Numbered from the whole stretch's first letter, positions 21,016 through 31,101 are shown. The stretch: 61,684 nt of DNA, filler included, from an uncultured bacterium (GCA_964471275.1; 7 parts of 7 records of this genome joined end to end with filler, not necessarily neighbours in it), one strand, 5' to 3'. Numbers and translations are program-made. Notes: a model not told the origin generated them from the sequence alone.

Positions 21016-22374
21016 CTAGTGGGCGCGCTCGTCTTCGGGTGCCGACAGCGTGTTCGAGTGCCGGCGATCGCGTGCGAGCCGTCCCTCGATGATCTCGTTC
21101 GGCCCACCTACCCGTTTGACCATTCTGAATGAATCATACAGCTCGCCCGTCGTCGTACGCGCCTCGTAGTCCAGCGTGTCCCGACCGACGGTGATTATCT
21201 GGTAGAGCTGCGTATTCTCCGCCGCCTTGGTATACCACTCCTGCTCGGTCAGCTTGTAGAACTTCGGTCCACTGACGGACACGACGTACATCGTTCCCTG
21301 ACCAGCCTCCCAGACCGTCTTCCCCTTTGCGACGTTCGTGCCGCGTCCGTAAGTATGGTCGTGGCCCTGTAGAACCAGGTCTACACGGAACTCGTCGAAG
21401 AGGGGCTTCCACATGGCGCGCAGCTCCTTGTTGTCGCGCGTTCCTGAGGTGGAATAGATCGGATGGTGGAAGGTGGCAATCGTCCACCGGTTCGGATTGG
21501 CTGCTAGAACCTTTCGAAGCCACTCTGTCTGGCGCTCGCGCTGCTCGTTCGAATTGAGCGAAATGATCCGGGTGCCCTGGTAGTCGATGAAGTAAGTCGT
21601 CTCTTCGAGGCCCGGAGGACCGTTCTTGGGAAACGCGAACGTCGGCCGCCACTGGTTGGACAGGGCTCGATCCTTGTTCTCGTCTCTCGGATACTCGTGA
21701 TTACCGGGCGTCGCGATCACCGGGATGGTCGCGTGGATCCATCCCCCGGACTCGAACCACTCGCCCCATTCGCTGTCCCTGTTCCCCCGGTTGACCAGAT
21801 CCCCGGCGTGTAGGAAGAAGTCGGCGTACGGCGCGTTCTGGTAGGCCGCTCGAATCGTGCGCGCCCAAAGGGCCAGGAGGTTATTCTGCGCGTCCCCGAA
21901 GTAGGCGAACGTGAAAGGCGCGTGTTCGGCCCTGGCCGTACGGAAATGGAACCATTCGCTCCAGACGTTGCCGTGGCCGACGCGATAGGCGTAGGCCGTG
22001 TTCGGCTCGAGGTCTTCGAACGTCACGGAGTGGCTTCGCCACCCGTAGCCGTGCTGCTCGAACGGTTCAGACAAAGCCCTCTGAGACCTCTTGTCGAACA
22101 CGAAATTCGGTGAGGCATCCGCCACGGCGATCTCGGCCGCGCCCGAGTCCACGCGCGTCGCCGTTCGCCACGTCATCGAAACCGTCGTGGCCGGATTGTC
22201 CGCCCAGGTCAGTACGACCCGATCCGGGATCTCCGTCGCAACAGAATCGATCGCGCCTCGCTTGTAATCATGCGTATGAGTCGTTTTCTGACCTTGGCCC
22301 ACCTGGCACGCCACGAACACAACCATCATTGCCGTCAGGGCCGCCAACCGGCCCGTTCTCCCTTTGCGATTCAC
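21016..22374 (-). CDS. Purple acid phosphatase-like metallophosphoesterase with N-terminal FN3 domain, probably secreted/lipoprotein
   Basis: FGDAQ, GDLV, GNHE, FHHP, GHDH motifs; [12 protein letters not shown]. Confidence 0.9.
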   Translation of the reverse strand: MNRKGRTGRLAALTAMMVVFVACQVGQGQKTTHTHDYKRGAIDSVATEIPDRVVLTWADNPATTVSMTWRTATRVDSGAAEIAVADASPNFVFDKRSQRALSEPFEQHGYGWRSHSVTFEDLEPNTAYAYRVGHGNVWSEWFHFRTARAEHAPFTFAYFGDAQNNLLALWARTIRAAYQNAPYADFFLHAGDLVNRGNRDSEWGEWFESGGWIHATIPVIATPGNHEYPRDENKDRALSNQWRPTFAFPKNGPPGLEETTYFIDYQGTRIISLNSNEQRERQTEWLRKVLAANPNRWTIATFHHPIYSTSGTRDNKELRAMWKPLFDEFRVDLVLQGHDHTYGRGTNVAKGKTVWEAGQGTMYVVSVSGPKFYKLTEQEWYTKAAENTQLYQIITVGRDTLDYEARTTTGELYDSFRMVKRVGGPNEIIEGRLARDRRHSNTLSAPEDERAH

Positions 22375-22477
22375 CTTATGCGCCTCCTGGCACGATGTTC
22401 TAAACGAAAACTTTCAGTATGCTACGCAGATGGAAAAATGTCGAGAGGGCAAGCGTCACCCTTCATAACAGACTGAC

Positions 22478-22607
22478 TGACCTGCCCCCCTGGATTGTTC
22501 CCAGTCCTAGAGTTAGGATATGGGTAACCAGAAAGGGGTCGTCATGGCAAGAAAGCGTTACTCCGCATCCTAGCTATGGATGTGGACACATAGATGGGGG
22601 CAGGTCA
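22478..22607 (+). mobile_element. 130-bp internally deleted IS3-family element (MITE-like)
   Basis: Begins TGACCTGCCCCC, carries SD plus MARKRYS start of orfA, ends GGGGGCAGGTCA. Confidence 0.8.
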
Positions 22608-22931
22608 CCTCCTTGAGGATCGATATGTCCAAGGCCTGGTCAGCCACAAGGCGTTTCAACCGTCCGTTCTCTTGCTCCAACTCCTTGAGTCGGCGCGCTT
22701 GGCTGACCTCCGTGCCACCGTATTCCTTACGCCAGCGGTAGTAGGTCTGTTCGCTGATGCCCAACTCACGCACCACCTCAGCGATGGTCTTGCCCTCAGA
22801 AGTCCGGATCTCTGCTTGACGAAGGTGTCCGATGATCTGCTCTGCTGTATAACGCTTCCTGGCCATGATGACCCCTTTCTATGTCCCATATCCTAACTTT
22901 AGGACTGGTAACATTCTAGGGGGGCAGGTCA
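22608..22931 (-). mobile_element. IS3-family (IS407-like) left end plus orfA, truncated before orfB
   Basis: IR TGACCTGCCCCCC at 22931; OrfA MARKRYTAEQII...LGISEQTYYRWRKEYGG...RLKELEQENGRLKRLVA starting at 22866. Confidence 0.9.
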
Positions 22932-22933
22932 GC

Positions 22934-23284
22934 TCAACGAAGAAAGAGAACCAGCGAGATCACAGCGCTGGCGTAGAATGTCGCCTGTGTCGCCACCTCT
23001 GTTCTCGTCGGGTCTGGGCGTTTGCCTGTGATCTGCTCGAGGAGATACACCATGTAACTGTCGCGGTCCTCGATCCCCATGCGACACCATAGCTTTTTTT
23101 GGAGCTCCGTAACCAGGCACATTCCCGGTTTTCCGGATGGGATGCCGAAACCGAACCACGAGAGCAGGATCAGGGCGCAGAGCACAAGTTGAGCCGGGCG
23201 CCAGGCCGGGACAAGCCAGCCCAAGGTGGTGAACAAGATGATCACCAGGTGCGTGCCGTGCAATGCGGCGTTGGCGCATCGCAT
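22934..23284 (-). CDS. DUF2784-like small membrane protein
   Basis: HLVIILF, GMCLVTELQKKL, three hydrophobic segments; ATGA-coupled to the aminotransferase. Confidence 0.65.
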   Translation of the reverse strand: MRCANAALHGTHLVIILFTTLGWLVPAWRPAQLVLCALILLSWFGFGIPSGKPGMCLVTELQKKLWCRMGIEDRDSYMVYLLEQITGKRPDPTRTEVATQATFYASAVISLVLFLR

Positions 23285-24465
23285 CAGGCGCGTAGGACCT
23301 TGGCGAAAGCCTGGGCGTACCGCCCTAGGTCGCCGTCATCTTGGCCGGGGAAGTTTGGTAGCTTGATCAGCCGAGCGTTTTGCTCGGCCGTACTCGACAG
23401 ATCGCCGCACACGCGTTTGTGATCTGCAGCATCCGGGGGAAACCGACCTATGGCGCGATAGTGTCCTTCGGCGAAAAAGGGCTGTTCGTGGAGGAGCGGG
23501 TAGCGCGGTCGGGAGACCTGACAACCCAAGCTGTTGAGATTGTCGAGCAGATCTGGGGGTTCTTCACCGCGGTAGCGAGTTATGAACTCGAAGTAGACGC
23601 GGTCTATGTGGCCGGGAGGAAGAAAGGTATCGAAGCCCAACTTCTCGAGCTCAGCGGACAGGAAAGCATGATTTCGGTTTCGCCACCTGTTGTGTGTATC
23701 AAGCTTCTGCAGCTGAGACAAACCCAACGCGGCCGAAATCGGTGCGATCCGCGTCTTTACGCCGAAGCCCGTCGCCGCAAAGCGCCTGGCCTGCGTGTCC
23801 AGCTCGATGATTCGGGTGATATCGCCGAGGCAGATCGCTCTTTCGTGGATCTCGGCGTCGTCCGTGAGGAGAATGCCTCCCTCGCCTGCGGGTGCGAGCT
23901 TGTCTCCCTGCAGGCTGAAAACCGAGACATCGCCCAGGTTGCCGCAGGGCCTACCCCGCCAGCGGGCTCCGAGGGCGTGGGAGGCGTCCTCTACGATCTT
24001 GAGACCGTGCTCATCGGCGACCTGGCGGATCTCGGTCATCTTGGCCGGCAACCCCCACAGGTGAACGACCACGACGGCCCTGGTCTTTGGACCAATGCGC
24101 GCTCGCATGTGTTGGGGATCGATGCCAAGCCGAGCCGATTCGCTGTTGCAGAAGATCGGCACGAGGCCGAACCAGAGCATCGGCAGCACGGAAGCCCAAA
24201 ATGTGGCGGTGGGGACCAGGATTTCGTCTCCGGGCTGCAACCCGAGACCGTGGAAGGCTGCCATCAGGGCGGAGGTCCCGTTGTTGTGGGCCAGCGCGAA
24301 CCCTCGACCGATGTACTCGGCGTATGCGTGCTCGAGGTCGCGGATGATCCGGTGCGTCGAGAGGTCGCCATCCCGAAGTACCTGCAAAATGGCGGCCTCA
24401 TCACCCCGGTCCAGCAGGGGCCACTTAGTCACCTGTGCAAGGTCCCTATGAGCTTTGTTGGTCAT
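23284..24465 (-). CDS. DegT/DnrJ/EryC1/StrS PLP-dependent aminotransferase
   Basis: NNGTSAL, VVHLWG, VEDASHALG, FSLQGDKLAPAGEGG (PLP Lys); start inferred at ATG 24465. Confidence 0.92.
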   Translation of the reverse strand: MTNKAHRDLAQVTKWPLLDRGDEAAILQVLRDGDLSTHRIIRDLEHAYAEYIGRGFALAHNNGTSALMAAFHGLGLQPGDEILVPTATFWASVLPMLWFGLVPIFCNSESARLGIDPQHMRARIGPKTRAVVVVHLWGLPAKMTEIRQVADEHGLKIVEDASHALGARWRGRPCGNLGDVSVFSLQGDKLAPAGEGGILLTDDAEIHERAICLGDITRIIELDTQARRFAATGFGVKTRIAPISAALGLSQLQKLDTHNRWRNRNHAFLSAELEKLGFDTFLPPGHIDRVYFEFITRYRGEEPPDLLDNLNSLGCQVSRPRYPLLHEQPFFAEGHYRAIGRFPPDAADHKRVCGDLSSTAEQNARLIKLPNFPGQDDGDLGRYAQAFAKVLRA

Positions 24466-24479
24466 CTGACTCTCGTTTT

Positions 24480-25961
24480 TCAGACGCTCGCCAGGAGCGT
24501 GTCGTATTCCTCGCGGACACGGGAGCGATACCTTTCGACCGAGGCGTCTGCCCGTTCGCCTTCGATCGCCCGTGCGGCGGCGATCACTTCCTCGAGGTTG
24601 CTGTCGTCCCGGCCGAGCCCGCAGCGTGGGACCCACTGTGCGATGTTGGATCGTCGACGCAAGTAGTCGTCTAGCGTGAGGCAGAGCTCGTTATCCCGGC
24701 ACCAGGATGGTTCTGAAACGCACTTGTCGCCCCCCTGGATCGTCTCCGCGTCGCCGTCAGAAGTCGGGGTTCCGCTGGGACGGAGTTGGGATTTCAGCCT
24801 GGCCACGACTCCTCTCGCCAGCTCACGACACGATGTCAGTTTACCACCGTAGATCGCAACCGCAGCGTTGGCACGATCGTGGTGCACCAGGTGCTTGCGC
24901 GACAACTCAAACGGATGGTGATCTGCGCTGTAGCCTCGCTTGACGGCAAGCGGCCGGATGCCGCAGCGTAGCGAAACGATGTCGCTCGTGTCAACGTTGA
25001 GATTGAGGTTCTTGTTGGCCTGGGCCAACAGGGAGCGTATGTCGTCAGCCTCGACGCGAAAGCCATTTTCGAGCGAGCCGACTGCCGTCTCCGTGGGTCC
25101 CCACAATGAGACGGGCCCCCACGGATGGAAAGTCTGTGCGTCGCCTTGCTCGTCCAGGTCGAAGATGAGGGAGGCGTTGTGTCCCGCCGGCAGCGGGATG
25201 GCGATGAACACCCCTTTACTGAACATGTGCTTGTAGGGACTGGTCAAGCCACAAAGCTGTTGGATCCTGTCGGTCCAGACGCCGGCAGCGTTAATCAACA
25301 TCTTGGCAGAGACGCTGAGCCCCCGACCTCGATGGCGATCCGTCAACTCGAGGTGCCAACGATTGTCCCGGTAAGCGGCGCGCTCCAGAGCGCAGTAGTT
25401 GAGTGCGCAGTGGTCGGGAGGGTGATGCGGTAAGATCCACTCAAGGACAAAGCGGCAGTCAGAAGTTTCGAGCACGCCTTCTTCATAGACGTGCGAGTGG
25501 CCGAACAGTTTCGAGCGAAGGAACGCCTGTTCGGGATAGGTGTTTTCGGTGCTTGGAATAGACCGTCGACGTCGACCTAGCAGCCAGTAAAGCCACAGAG
25601 CCGCGCGGATCTGAAACGCGTTACCTCGATCCAGCGCCGGAATATAGCGGAACCTCTGGGTTCGGGCCAACGACCCGGGCGCGACGATCAGGTCATCGCG
25701 CGCACGTGACAACTTCCACACCGTGCCGAAGTCGAGCTGCCGCAGGTAGAGCAGGCCACCCCAGATCATCATCGCCGACGCCTGGCTGGTGCCGGAGCCG
25801 AAGTCTCCGCGATCGACCAACAGCACGCGGTAACCTTCCCTGCACATTCGATCGTAGAGAGACGCGCCGGTGATCCCGCCGCCGATGATCACCGCATCAA
25901 AGCGCCGGGCGCACGCATCGATGGCGGCTTCCCTTAGTGGGCACTCAAAGGCTATAGTCAT
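24480..25961 (-). CDS. FAD-dependent glycerol-3-phosphate dehydrogenase/oxidase (GlpD-like) family protein
   Basis: IIGGGITG, DFGSGTSQASAMMIWGGLLYL, INAAGVWTD, GIRPL, GGKLTSCR. Confidence 0.85.
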   Translation of the reverse strand: MTIAFECPLREAAIDACARRFDAVIIGGGITGASLYDRMCREGYRVLLVDRGDFGSGTSQASAMMIWGGLLYLRQLDFGTVWKLSRARDDLIVAPGSLARTQRFRYIPALDRGNAFQIRAALWLYWLLGRRRRSIPSTENTYPEQAFLRSKLFGHSHVYEEGVLETSDCRFVLEWILPHHPPDHCALNYCALERAAYRDNRWHLELTDRHRGRGLSVSAKMLINAAGVWTDRIQQLCGLTSPYKHMFSKGVFIAIPLPAGHNASLIFDLDEQGDAQTFHPWGPVSLWGPTETAVGSLENGFRVEADDIRSLLAQANKNLNLNVDTSDIVSLRCGIRPLAVKRGYSADHHPFELSRKHLVHHDRANAAVAIYGGKLTSCRELARGVVARLKSQLRPSGTPTSDGDAETIQGGDKCVSEPSWCRDNELCLTLDDYLRRRSNIAQWVPRCGLGRDDSNLEEVIAAARAIEGERADASVERYRSRVREEYDTLLASV

Positions 25962-26298
25962 CTCGCCCGCCCACCTTCCACGGCTCGCTTGCGGCCAATG
26001 CCTCCTGTGCCTCGATCACATTGACTGGTGTCCCGAACTCGAACAACCGGCTGAACACGCTGTCCACCGGGGCGCGAGCGGGTTCGGCAGATTGGACCAA
26101 TTCGTGACTGTTCAGGATCGGCAACAGCTTCGCCTGATGGGACGTCGCGAACTCCACCATTCGTTCGGGCGGCAACCAGATCGACAGCCGGGCAAGCGTC
26201 GGTTCCACGGCGTAGGCCGGAACTGCCCACAGCAGGCAGGCCCCTACGCACATCGCGTTACGGAGCAGACGGAGGATGGTGAGAGTGGTGCGCATCAT
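25945..26298 (-). CDS. Short secreted hypothetical protein, possibly the N-terminal remnant of a larger gene
   Basis: Signal peptide ending AYA, then EPTLARLSIWLPPERM...DSVFSRLFE; ends abruptly, overlapping the next gene start. Confidence 0.5.
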   Translation of the reverse strand: MMRTTLTILRLLRNAMCVGACLLWAVPAYAVEPTLARLSIWLPPERMVEFATSHQAKLLPILNSHELVQSAEPARAPVDSVFSRLFEFGTPVNVIEAQEALAASEPWKVGGRDDYSL

Positions 26299-26668
26299 GC
26301 AACCATGATACGGACGGGCAGGGGATGTTAGCAAATAGGTGAGTGGGACGCAAAGATGCCCCGTGGATGTGTGCGAGCAACGAGGCTTCAGGCGCGGCCA
26401 CGTGTGAGGGTCTTTTTGTGCGGGAAATTTGGGCGCGTGGATGTAATTAACGGGAAAGGTGTTCGCCGGGGGTCGCCTACCCCTACCCCGTCAGCAAAGA
26501 AAGCTGTCTCTTGCCTTGGTTACGCTGCTCGCTCGATGCCAGGCCCAGCAGGCACAAAACGACCATCGACGAGTGCATAGATCTCGCCGGGAATGTTTGC
26601 GACTGTTGCGACTCCCCTCGGGGTCACCAACGTGAGGGCGACAGGGCGGGAGGCGTTTTTACTGGCTT

Positions 26669-26768
26669 NNNNNNNNNNNNNNNNNNNNNNNNNNNNNNNN
26701 NNNNNNNNNNNNTTAATTAATTAANNNNNNNNNNNNNNNNNNNNNNNNNNNNNNNNNNNNNNNNNNNN
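26669..26768. other. Artificial contig spacer
   Basis: N-TTAATTAATTAA-N linker. Confidence 0.98.
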
Positions 26769-26877
26769 TGCACGACGGCGAGTGAGTGTTGGACACCCAC
26801 AAGGCCCATTCCTGTATCCCGAGGTGATTCGCGTCCCCGGGCTTTCGAGTTAGATCATTCACTCAATTGAGTATTCC

Positions 26878-28581
26878 GTGTCTCTTACGCCGAATCATCC
26901 TGGTAGAATCATAACCTTCCTGATCTTTATCGTGGTCCTCGCCCGGCTGTTTCTCACGCCATTGCACGCCGGAAGCTTCCGTTTTGACGCGGTCGCGTCG
27001 GAACGAGGTGTCGATTTCACCCACGTAAACGGGGCCAGCGGCAAAAAGTACTCGATCGAGACGATGGGCGGCGGGGTCGGTTTCTTGGACTACGACGGCG
27101 ACGGTGATCTCGATGTCTACCTCGTGAACGGAGCCGCATTGCCCGGGTCCGATGTTGTCGACACGCCAACGAATCAGCTCTTCCGGAATGACGGTATCGA
27201 ATCCGGGTGGTCGTTTACGAACGTGACCGAGGAAGCTGGCGTCGGAGATGCCGGATACGGGATGGGGTGCGCGGTTGGTGACTACGATAACGACGGTGAT
27301 ATCGATCTGTATGTGACGAACTACGGTGCCAATATCCTATACCGGAATAACGGCGACAGCACGTTTACCGATGTGACGGCCCAGTCCGGCAGCGGTGACA
27401 ACCAGTGGAGTTCTTCCGCGGCATTCCTAGACTACGATGCGGATGGTTATCTCGATCTCCTCTCCCTCAGCTACGTGCAGTTCACGCTCGAGACAAACAA
27501 GCTCTGCCCCGGCAGCGACGGAGTCCTCGGCTACTGTTCACCCGATATCTATGACGGCGCACACGATGTGCTGTACCGGAACAACCGCGACGGGACGTTT
27601 ACTGACGTGTCTCAATTGACCGGCATATACAGAGAAGGTCGGGGTATGGGCGTCGTGGCGACCGATTTCGATCGTGACGGTGATCTCGATATCTACGTGG
27701 CAAATGATGAGATGGAGAATTTCATGTATGACAACCTGGGTGACGGTACGTTCGATGAGATCGGGCTTCTCTCAGGGGCCGCCTACAATGAGGGTGGTGA
27801 AGCGGAAGCCGGGATGGGTGTCGATTTTGCAGATACCGATGGCGATGGTCTGTATGATCTGCTAATTGGCCACTACGATGACGAAACATCGACGTTGTAT
27901 CGGAACATGGGGGGGGCCATCTTCTCGGACGAGACGACAACCACGGGAATCGGTCCACCTTCCAGGTTGCGGGTTACCTTCGGTGTAATTTTTGCCGATC
28001 TTGACAACGATACGGATCCCGATGCGTTTGTTGCAAACGGGCACGTTCTCGACAATGTCGAGCTGGGTTCGGATGTCGCGAAGTACAAACAGCCGAACCA
28101 GATCATGGAGAATCAGGCAGGTCGCTTTGGGGATGTCTCCGGGCAGGCGGGACCGGGGCTGGAGATCGTGAAGGCGAGCCGGGGTCTCGCGGCGGGCGAT
28201 ATCGATAACGATGGCGATATTGATCTGCTCGTCGGCAACGTGATGGACACAGCCGATCTGCTGATCAATCGGTCCGACGTAGGAAACTGGCTCATCGTCG
28301 ATCTGGTGGGCGGCACCGGCAGGGGCGAGGGAGAAGGTTGGTCGAACCGGGATGGAATCGGTGCCCGAGTATCAGTTTCGGCCGAGGGACGTACGCAGGA
28401 GATGGATCTGCACAGCGCGGCGAGCTACCAGTCGGCGAACGATCTGCGTGTACATTTTGGCCTGGGGAACGCAGCGATGTGTGATATCGAGGTGGTGTGG
28501 CCCTCCGGACGGGTCAGCAGGAAACCGAACGTTGCGGCGAATCAACAGCTTGTGATCGATGAACTCCAGGCAGATCGGTAG
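26878..28581 (+). CDS. CRTAC1 family protein (FG-GAP/VCBS repeats plus ASPIC/UnbV domain)
   Basis: Repeated DYDGDGDLD / DYDNDGDID; SNRDGIGARV, VHFGLG, IEVVWPSG; signal peptide. Confidence 0.93.
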   Translation: MSLTPNHPGRIITFLIFIVVLARLFLTPLHAGSFRFDAVASERGVDFTHVNGASGKKYSIETMGGGVGFLDYDGDGDLDVYLVNGAALPGSDVVDTPTNQLFRNDGIESGWSFTNVTEEAGVGDAGYGMGCAVGDYDNDGDIDLYVTNYGANILYRNNGDSTFTDVTAQSGSGDNQWSSSAAFLDYDADGYLDLLSLSYVQFTLETNKLCPGSDGVLGYCSPDIYDGAHDVLYRNNRDGTFTDVSQLTGIYREGRGMGVVATDFDRDGDLDIYVANDEMENFMYDNLGDGTFDEIGLLSGAAYNEGGEAEAGMGVDFADTDGDGLYDLLIGHYDDETSTLYRNMGGAIFSDETTTTGIGPPSRLRVTFGVIFADLDNDTDPDAFVANGHVLDNVELGSDVAKYKQPNQIMENQAGRFGDVSGQAGPGLEIVKASRGLAAGDIDNDGDIDLLVGNVMDTADLLINRSDVGNWLIVDLVGGTGRGEGEGWSNRDGIGARVSVSAEGRTQEMDLHSAASYQSANDLRVHFGLGNAAMCDIEVVWPSGRVSRKPNVAANQQLVIDELQADR

Positions 28582-28584
28582 CGA

Positions 28585-31101
28585 TCAGGGTCCTCTCTGG
28601 GCCGCCTTGCTCACCCGGATGGCTTCGCGAACCGCCGAGCGGTTCTGTGTGTTCGGGGCCAGTTCCAGGTAGCGTCGCATCCACTCGACTGCCACTTCGT
28701 GGTTTCCTTCTTTCTGATCGAGTAATCCGAGCTGCAGATGGGCAGGCGGGTAATCCGGTCGCACTGACACTGCCTGCTCGAAGAGCGCTCGGGATTTGCC
28801 CGTCTCCCCCGCATTCCCGTGCAGGATCCCCAGGTTCGTCGCGGCTTCCACATCCTCAGGCAACAGGCTGACGGCCTTCTCCAGCCATAGCATCCCTTCC
28901 TCGATTCTGCCGGAGCTCAGAAGCATCCGCGCACCGTCTCTGAATACGACGCCGTTTTCCGTTTCGAAACGATACCGCGAGAGCCCCGGATTCGATCTTA
29001 GAGCTGAGAGGAAATGAGGGACGGCATCGCGCTGGCGTCCTGCTTTGTCGAGCGCGTTCGCGGCAGCCAGTCGCAAGTCTCCGTTTCGCGGCTGCTTTTC
29101 TGCCAGACGCACGTATACGTCTGCCGCGTCGCTGTATCGACCGTCTGCAGAGAGTGCTTCGGCAAGCTTCTGTCCGACACGAGGTTCGCCGAGCTCTCGG
29201 CTGACCCGGGCGATCTGCTCGTCTGTGGGCATGGTCCCCGGCCGATCGGTGTAGACGCCGAGGTCAAAAACGGGCTGGTAGGTGATATCAGGCGGTGATG
29301 CCGGTGGCTCACCAACCTTGAAGATTCTGTAGTAGCTGTCCTGGTAGACGAGATGGAAGTAATTGAGCCGATCGGTCGCGAACTGGAATCCGTAGAGGGC
29401 GGACTCCACGGGTATGGTCGTTCGACCGGAGACGTATCGCGGTGACTCCAGAGATGTGTCCAGCCCCGTCGATGCCTGGTATACATACCAGTCAGCTTCC
29501 CAATCGCGAGCGAGGTTGTAGAAGGTCTCCTCCGACGAGAACAACCCGTTGAGGAAGCGTTCCGATTTCTTGCGTATGATGTGCGACTCGAACTTGGGAT
29601 GCTGCACGATCGGGCGATCCGTGTAGGTCAGGATCGAGGGGCTGATGTGGAATGCGGCCATGACAACGTCGCCGGCCGCAGTATTCTCGCGAACCCAGCT
29701 GACCAGGCGCTCGAGCCCCGGTGATCGGTGGACGGTGATGTAGAAGCGCGTATCGTTGTATACTTCGTAGCCGATGAACACGCAGAGTCCGAGAATCACG
29801 AGCCGCTTCCGGTCACCGAGTATGATCAGCCATCGCCCGGCGATCCCGGCCGCGAAGAATACGAGAAAGACCTGGATTCGGTCGAAGGCGACGTAGCCTC
29901 CTAGGAATGCGAAGAAGCAGTACAGGAAGAAGCGCTGTGACCTGGGCAGGACGCCACGGTAGAGATCCCGGATTGCCAGGGCGGCAGCCGCACCTGATAC
30001 GACAAGGAGCGTCGAGAACATCGTCCAGATACTCGCGAAAGTCGGCGACCGGAACGAGGACGACCACATGCCACGCGCATCGTAATTCATGAGCGTGGGA
30101 TCATCTGGCTTGACAAGGCCGAAGCGCAGTTTGTAGTAGATGACGTCGAAGGCGTGGCTGTAGGCCCGGTAGTTTTCTCCTACCAGCGAGGAGAGTATGA
30201 TGTGCGCCAGCACGGGCAGTCCAATCAGGATCCCCAAACGCGCTGGCGTGCTCAGACGGAGCCTCTCCCCGATCAGGTGTGCCGCGAGCAGACCGTATCC
30301 GACGAGCATGGTCGTGGATGTGACGAACCACTTGTTGCGCAGGAGATCGGACGCGATTCCCGTGAGGGCCAGCAGAAGCACGACCGGCCATAGCGCGTCG
30401 AAAAGGCTTTCACGCTCGTCCGAATAGACAAAGTAGGCAACAATCGCGTAGGCAAAGAGGATGGCGATCGCGAAGTTGGTGATGTGCCAGCTGATCGCCG
30501 CAAGCGACAGAGCGACGCCCGCCAGCCAGGGCATCCAGCGCTCGCGGTGCCTGCCTTGAGAGAGGCCGAAGCAGGCCAATCCGGTGAACAGGAACGTGAG
30601 GGTGAAGTCCTCACGACTGAAGGATGTGATCGATCGCATCCAGGCTGGCGGCATGACCGCGTAGAAGCAGACGACAAGGATACCCCCAATCCACCCGCCC
30701 CACAGCCGGCACCCGACGAGGTAGAGCGGGAACACCGTCAGAGATGAGAAGAAGGAGATGAAATAGACGCTGTAGGTGTGGAAGGGCGTATCGTATCCGA
30801 AGAACGCCAGGATTCGATAGAGTGACCCTGACACGCATTCCAGCGTGACCGTCAGTTCTTCGTCTACCCGCAAACCCTCGGGATGCTGGATGCGCGTGTC
30901 GTTCTCGGGAATCCCAGTTCCCTCCGCGATCATCCTGGCGTAGCGATACTGAACGGCATTCTCTGTGAAATGGAGGTTGGTTTCGTCCTCCGGATCGTAG
31001 TAGGGGCTCGCGGTGGTGAGTATGACTTTCGCTGACCCGATCACGAGGTAAAGGGTAAACAGCGTGGCCAGCGGAATCCATTTACGGAGTTTGTCTGACA
31101 A
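28585..31101 (-). CDS. GT-C fold glycosyltransferase of the DPY19/STT3 superfamily (DPY19-like) with C-terminal TPRs
   Basis: Multi-TM; FTENAVQYRY, SREDF, WVRENT...RPIVQHPKFES; no WWDYG; TPR tail. Confidence 0.75.
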   Translation of the reverse strand: MSDKLRKWIPLATLFTLYLVIGSAKVILTTASPYYDPEDETNLHFTENAVQYRYARMIAEGTGIPENDTRIQHPEGLRVDEELTVTLECVSGSLYRILAFFGYDTPFHTYSVYFISFFSSLTVFPLYLVGCRLWGGWIGGILVVCFYAVMPPAWMRSITSFSREDFTLTFLFTGLACFGLSQGRHRERWMPWLAGVALSLAAISWHITNFAIAILFAYAIVAYFVYSDERESLFDALWPVVLLLALTGIASDLLRNKWFVTSTTMLVGYGLLAAHLIGERLRLSTPARLGILIGLPVLAHIILSSLVGENYRAYSHAFDVIYYKLRFGLVKPDDPTLMNYDARGMWSSSFRSPTFASIWTMFSTLLVVSGAAAALAIRDLYRGVLPRSQRFFLYCFFAFLGGYVAFDRIQVFLVFFAAGIAGRWLIILGDRKRLVILGLCVFIGYEVYNDTRFYITVHRSPGLERLVSWVRENTAAGDVVMAAFHISPSILTYTDRPIVQHPKFESHIIRKKSERFLNGLFSSEETFYNLARDWEADWYVYQASTGLDTSLESPRYVSGRTTIPVESALYGFQFATDRLNYFHLVYQDSYYRIFKVGEPPASPPDITYQPVFDLGVYTDRPGTMPTDEQIARVSRELGEPRVGQKLAEALSADGRYSDAADVYVRLAEKQPRNGDLRLAAANALDKAGRQRDAVPHFLSALRSNPGLSRYRFETENGVVFRDGARMLLSSGRIEEGMLWLEKAVSLLPEDVEAATNLGILHGNAGETGKSRALFEQAVSVRPDYPPAHLQLGLLDQKEGNHEVAVEWMRRYLELAPNTQNRSAVREAIRVSKAAQRGP

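Noticed and set aside
23380..24666. Long antisense ORFs (also 4575-5657, 34267-35301, 36922-37866)
   Set aside because: Shadows of well-supported genes on the opposite strand in GC-rich DNA; no motifs
26520..26666. Minus-strand open frame at the contig end (…VANIPGEIYALVDGRFVPAG…)
   Set aside because: Plausible gene tail but too short to assign
28585..31101. PglB/AglB N-oligosaccharyltransferase call
   Set aside because: No WWDYG-type motif; motifs fit DPY19 better
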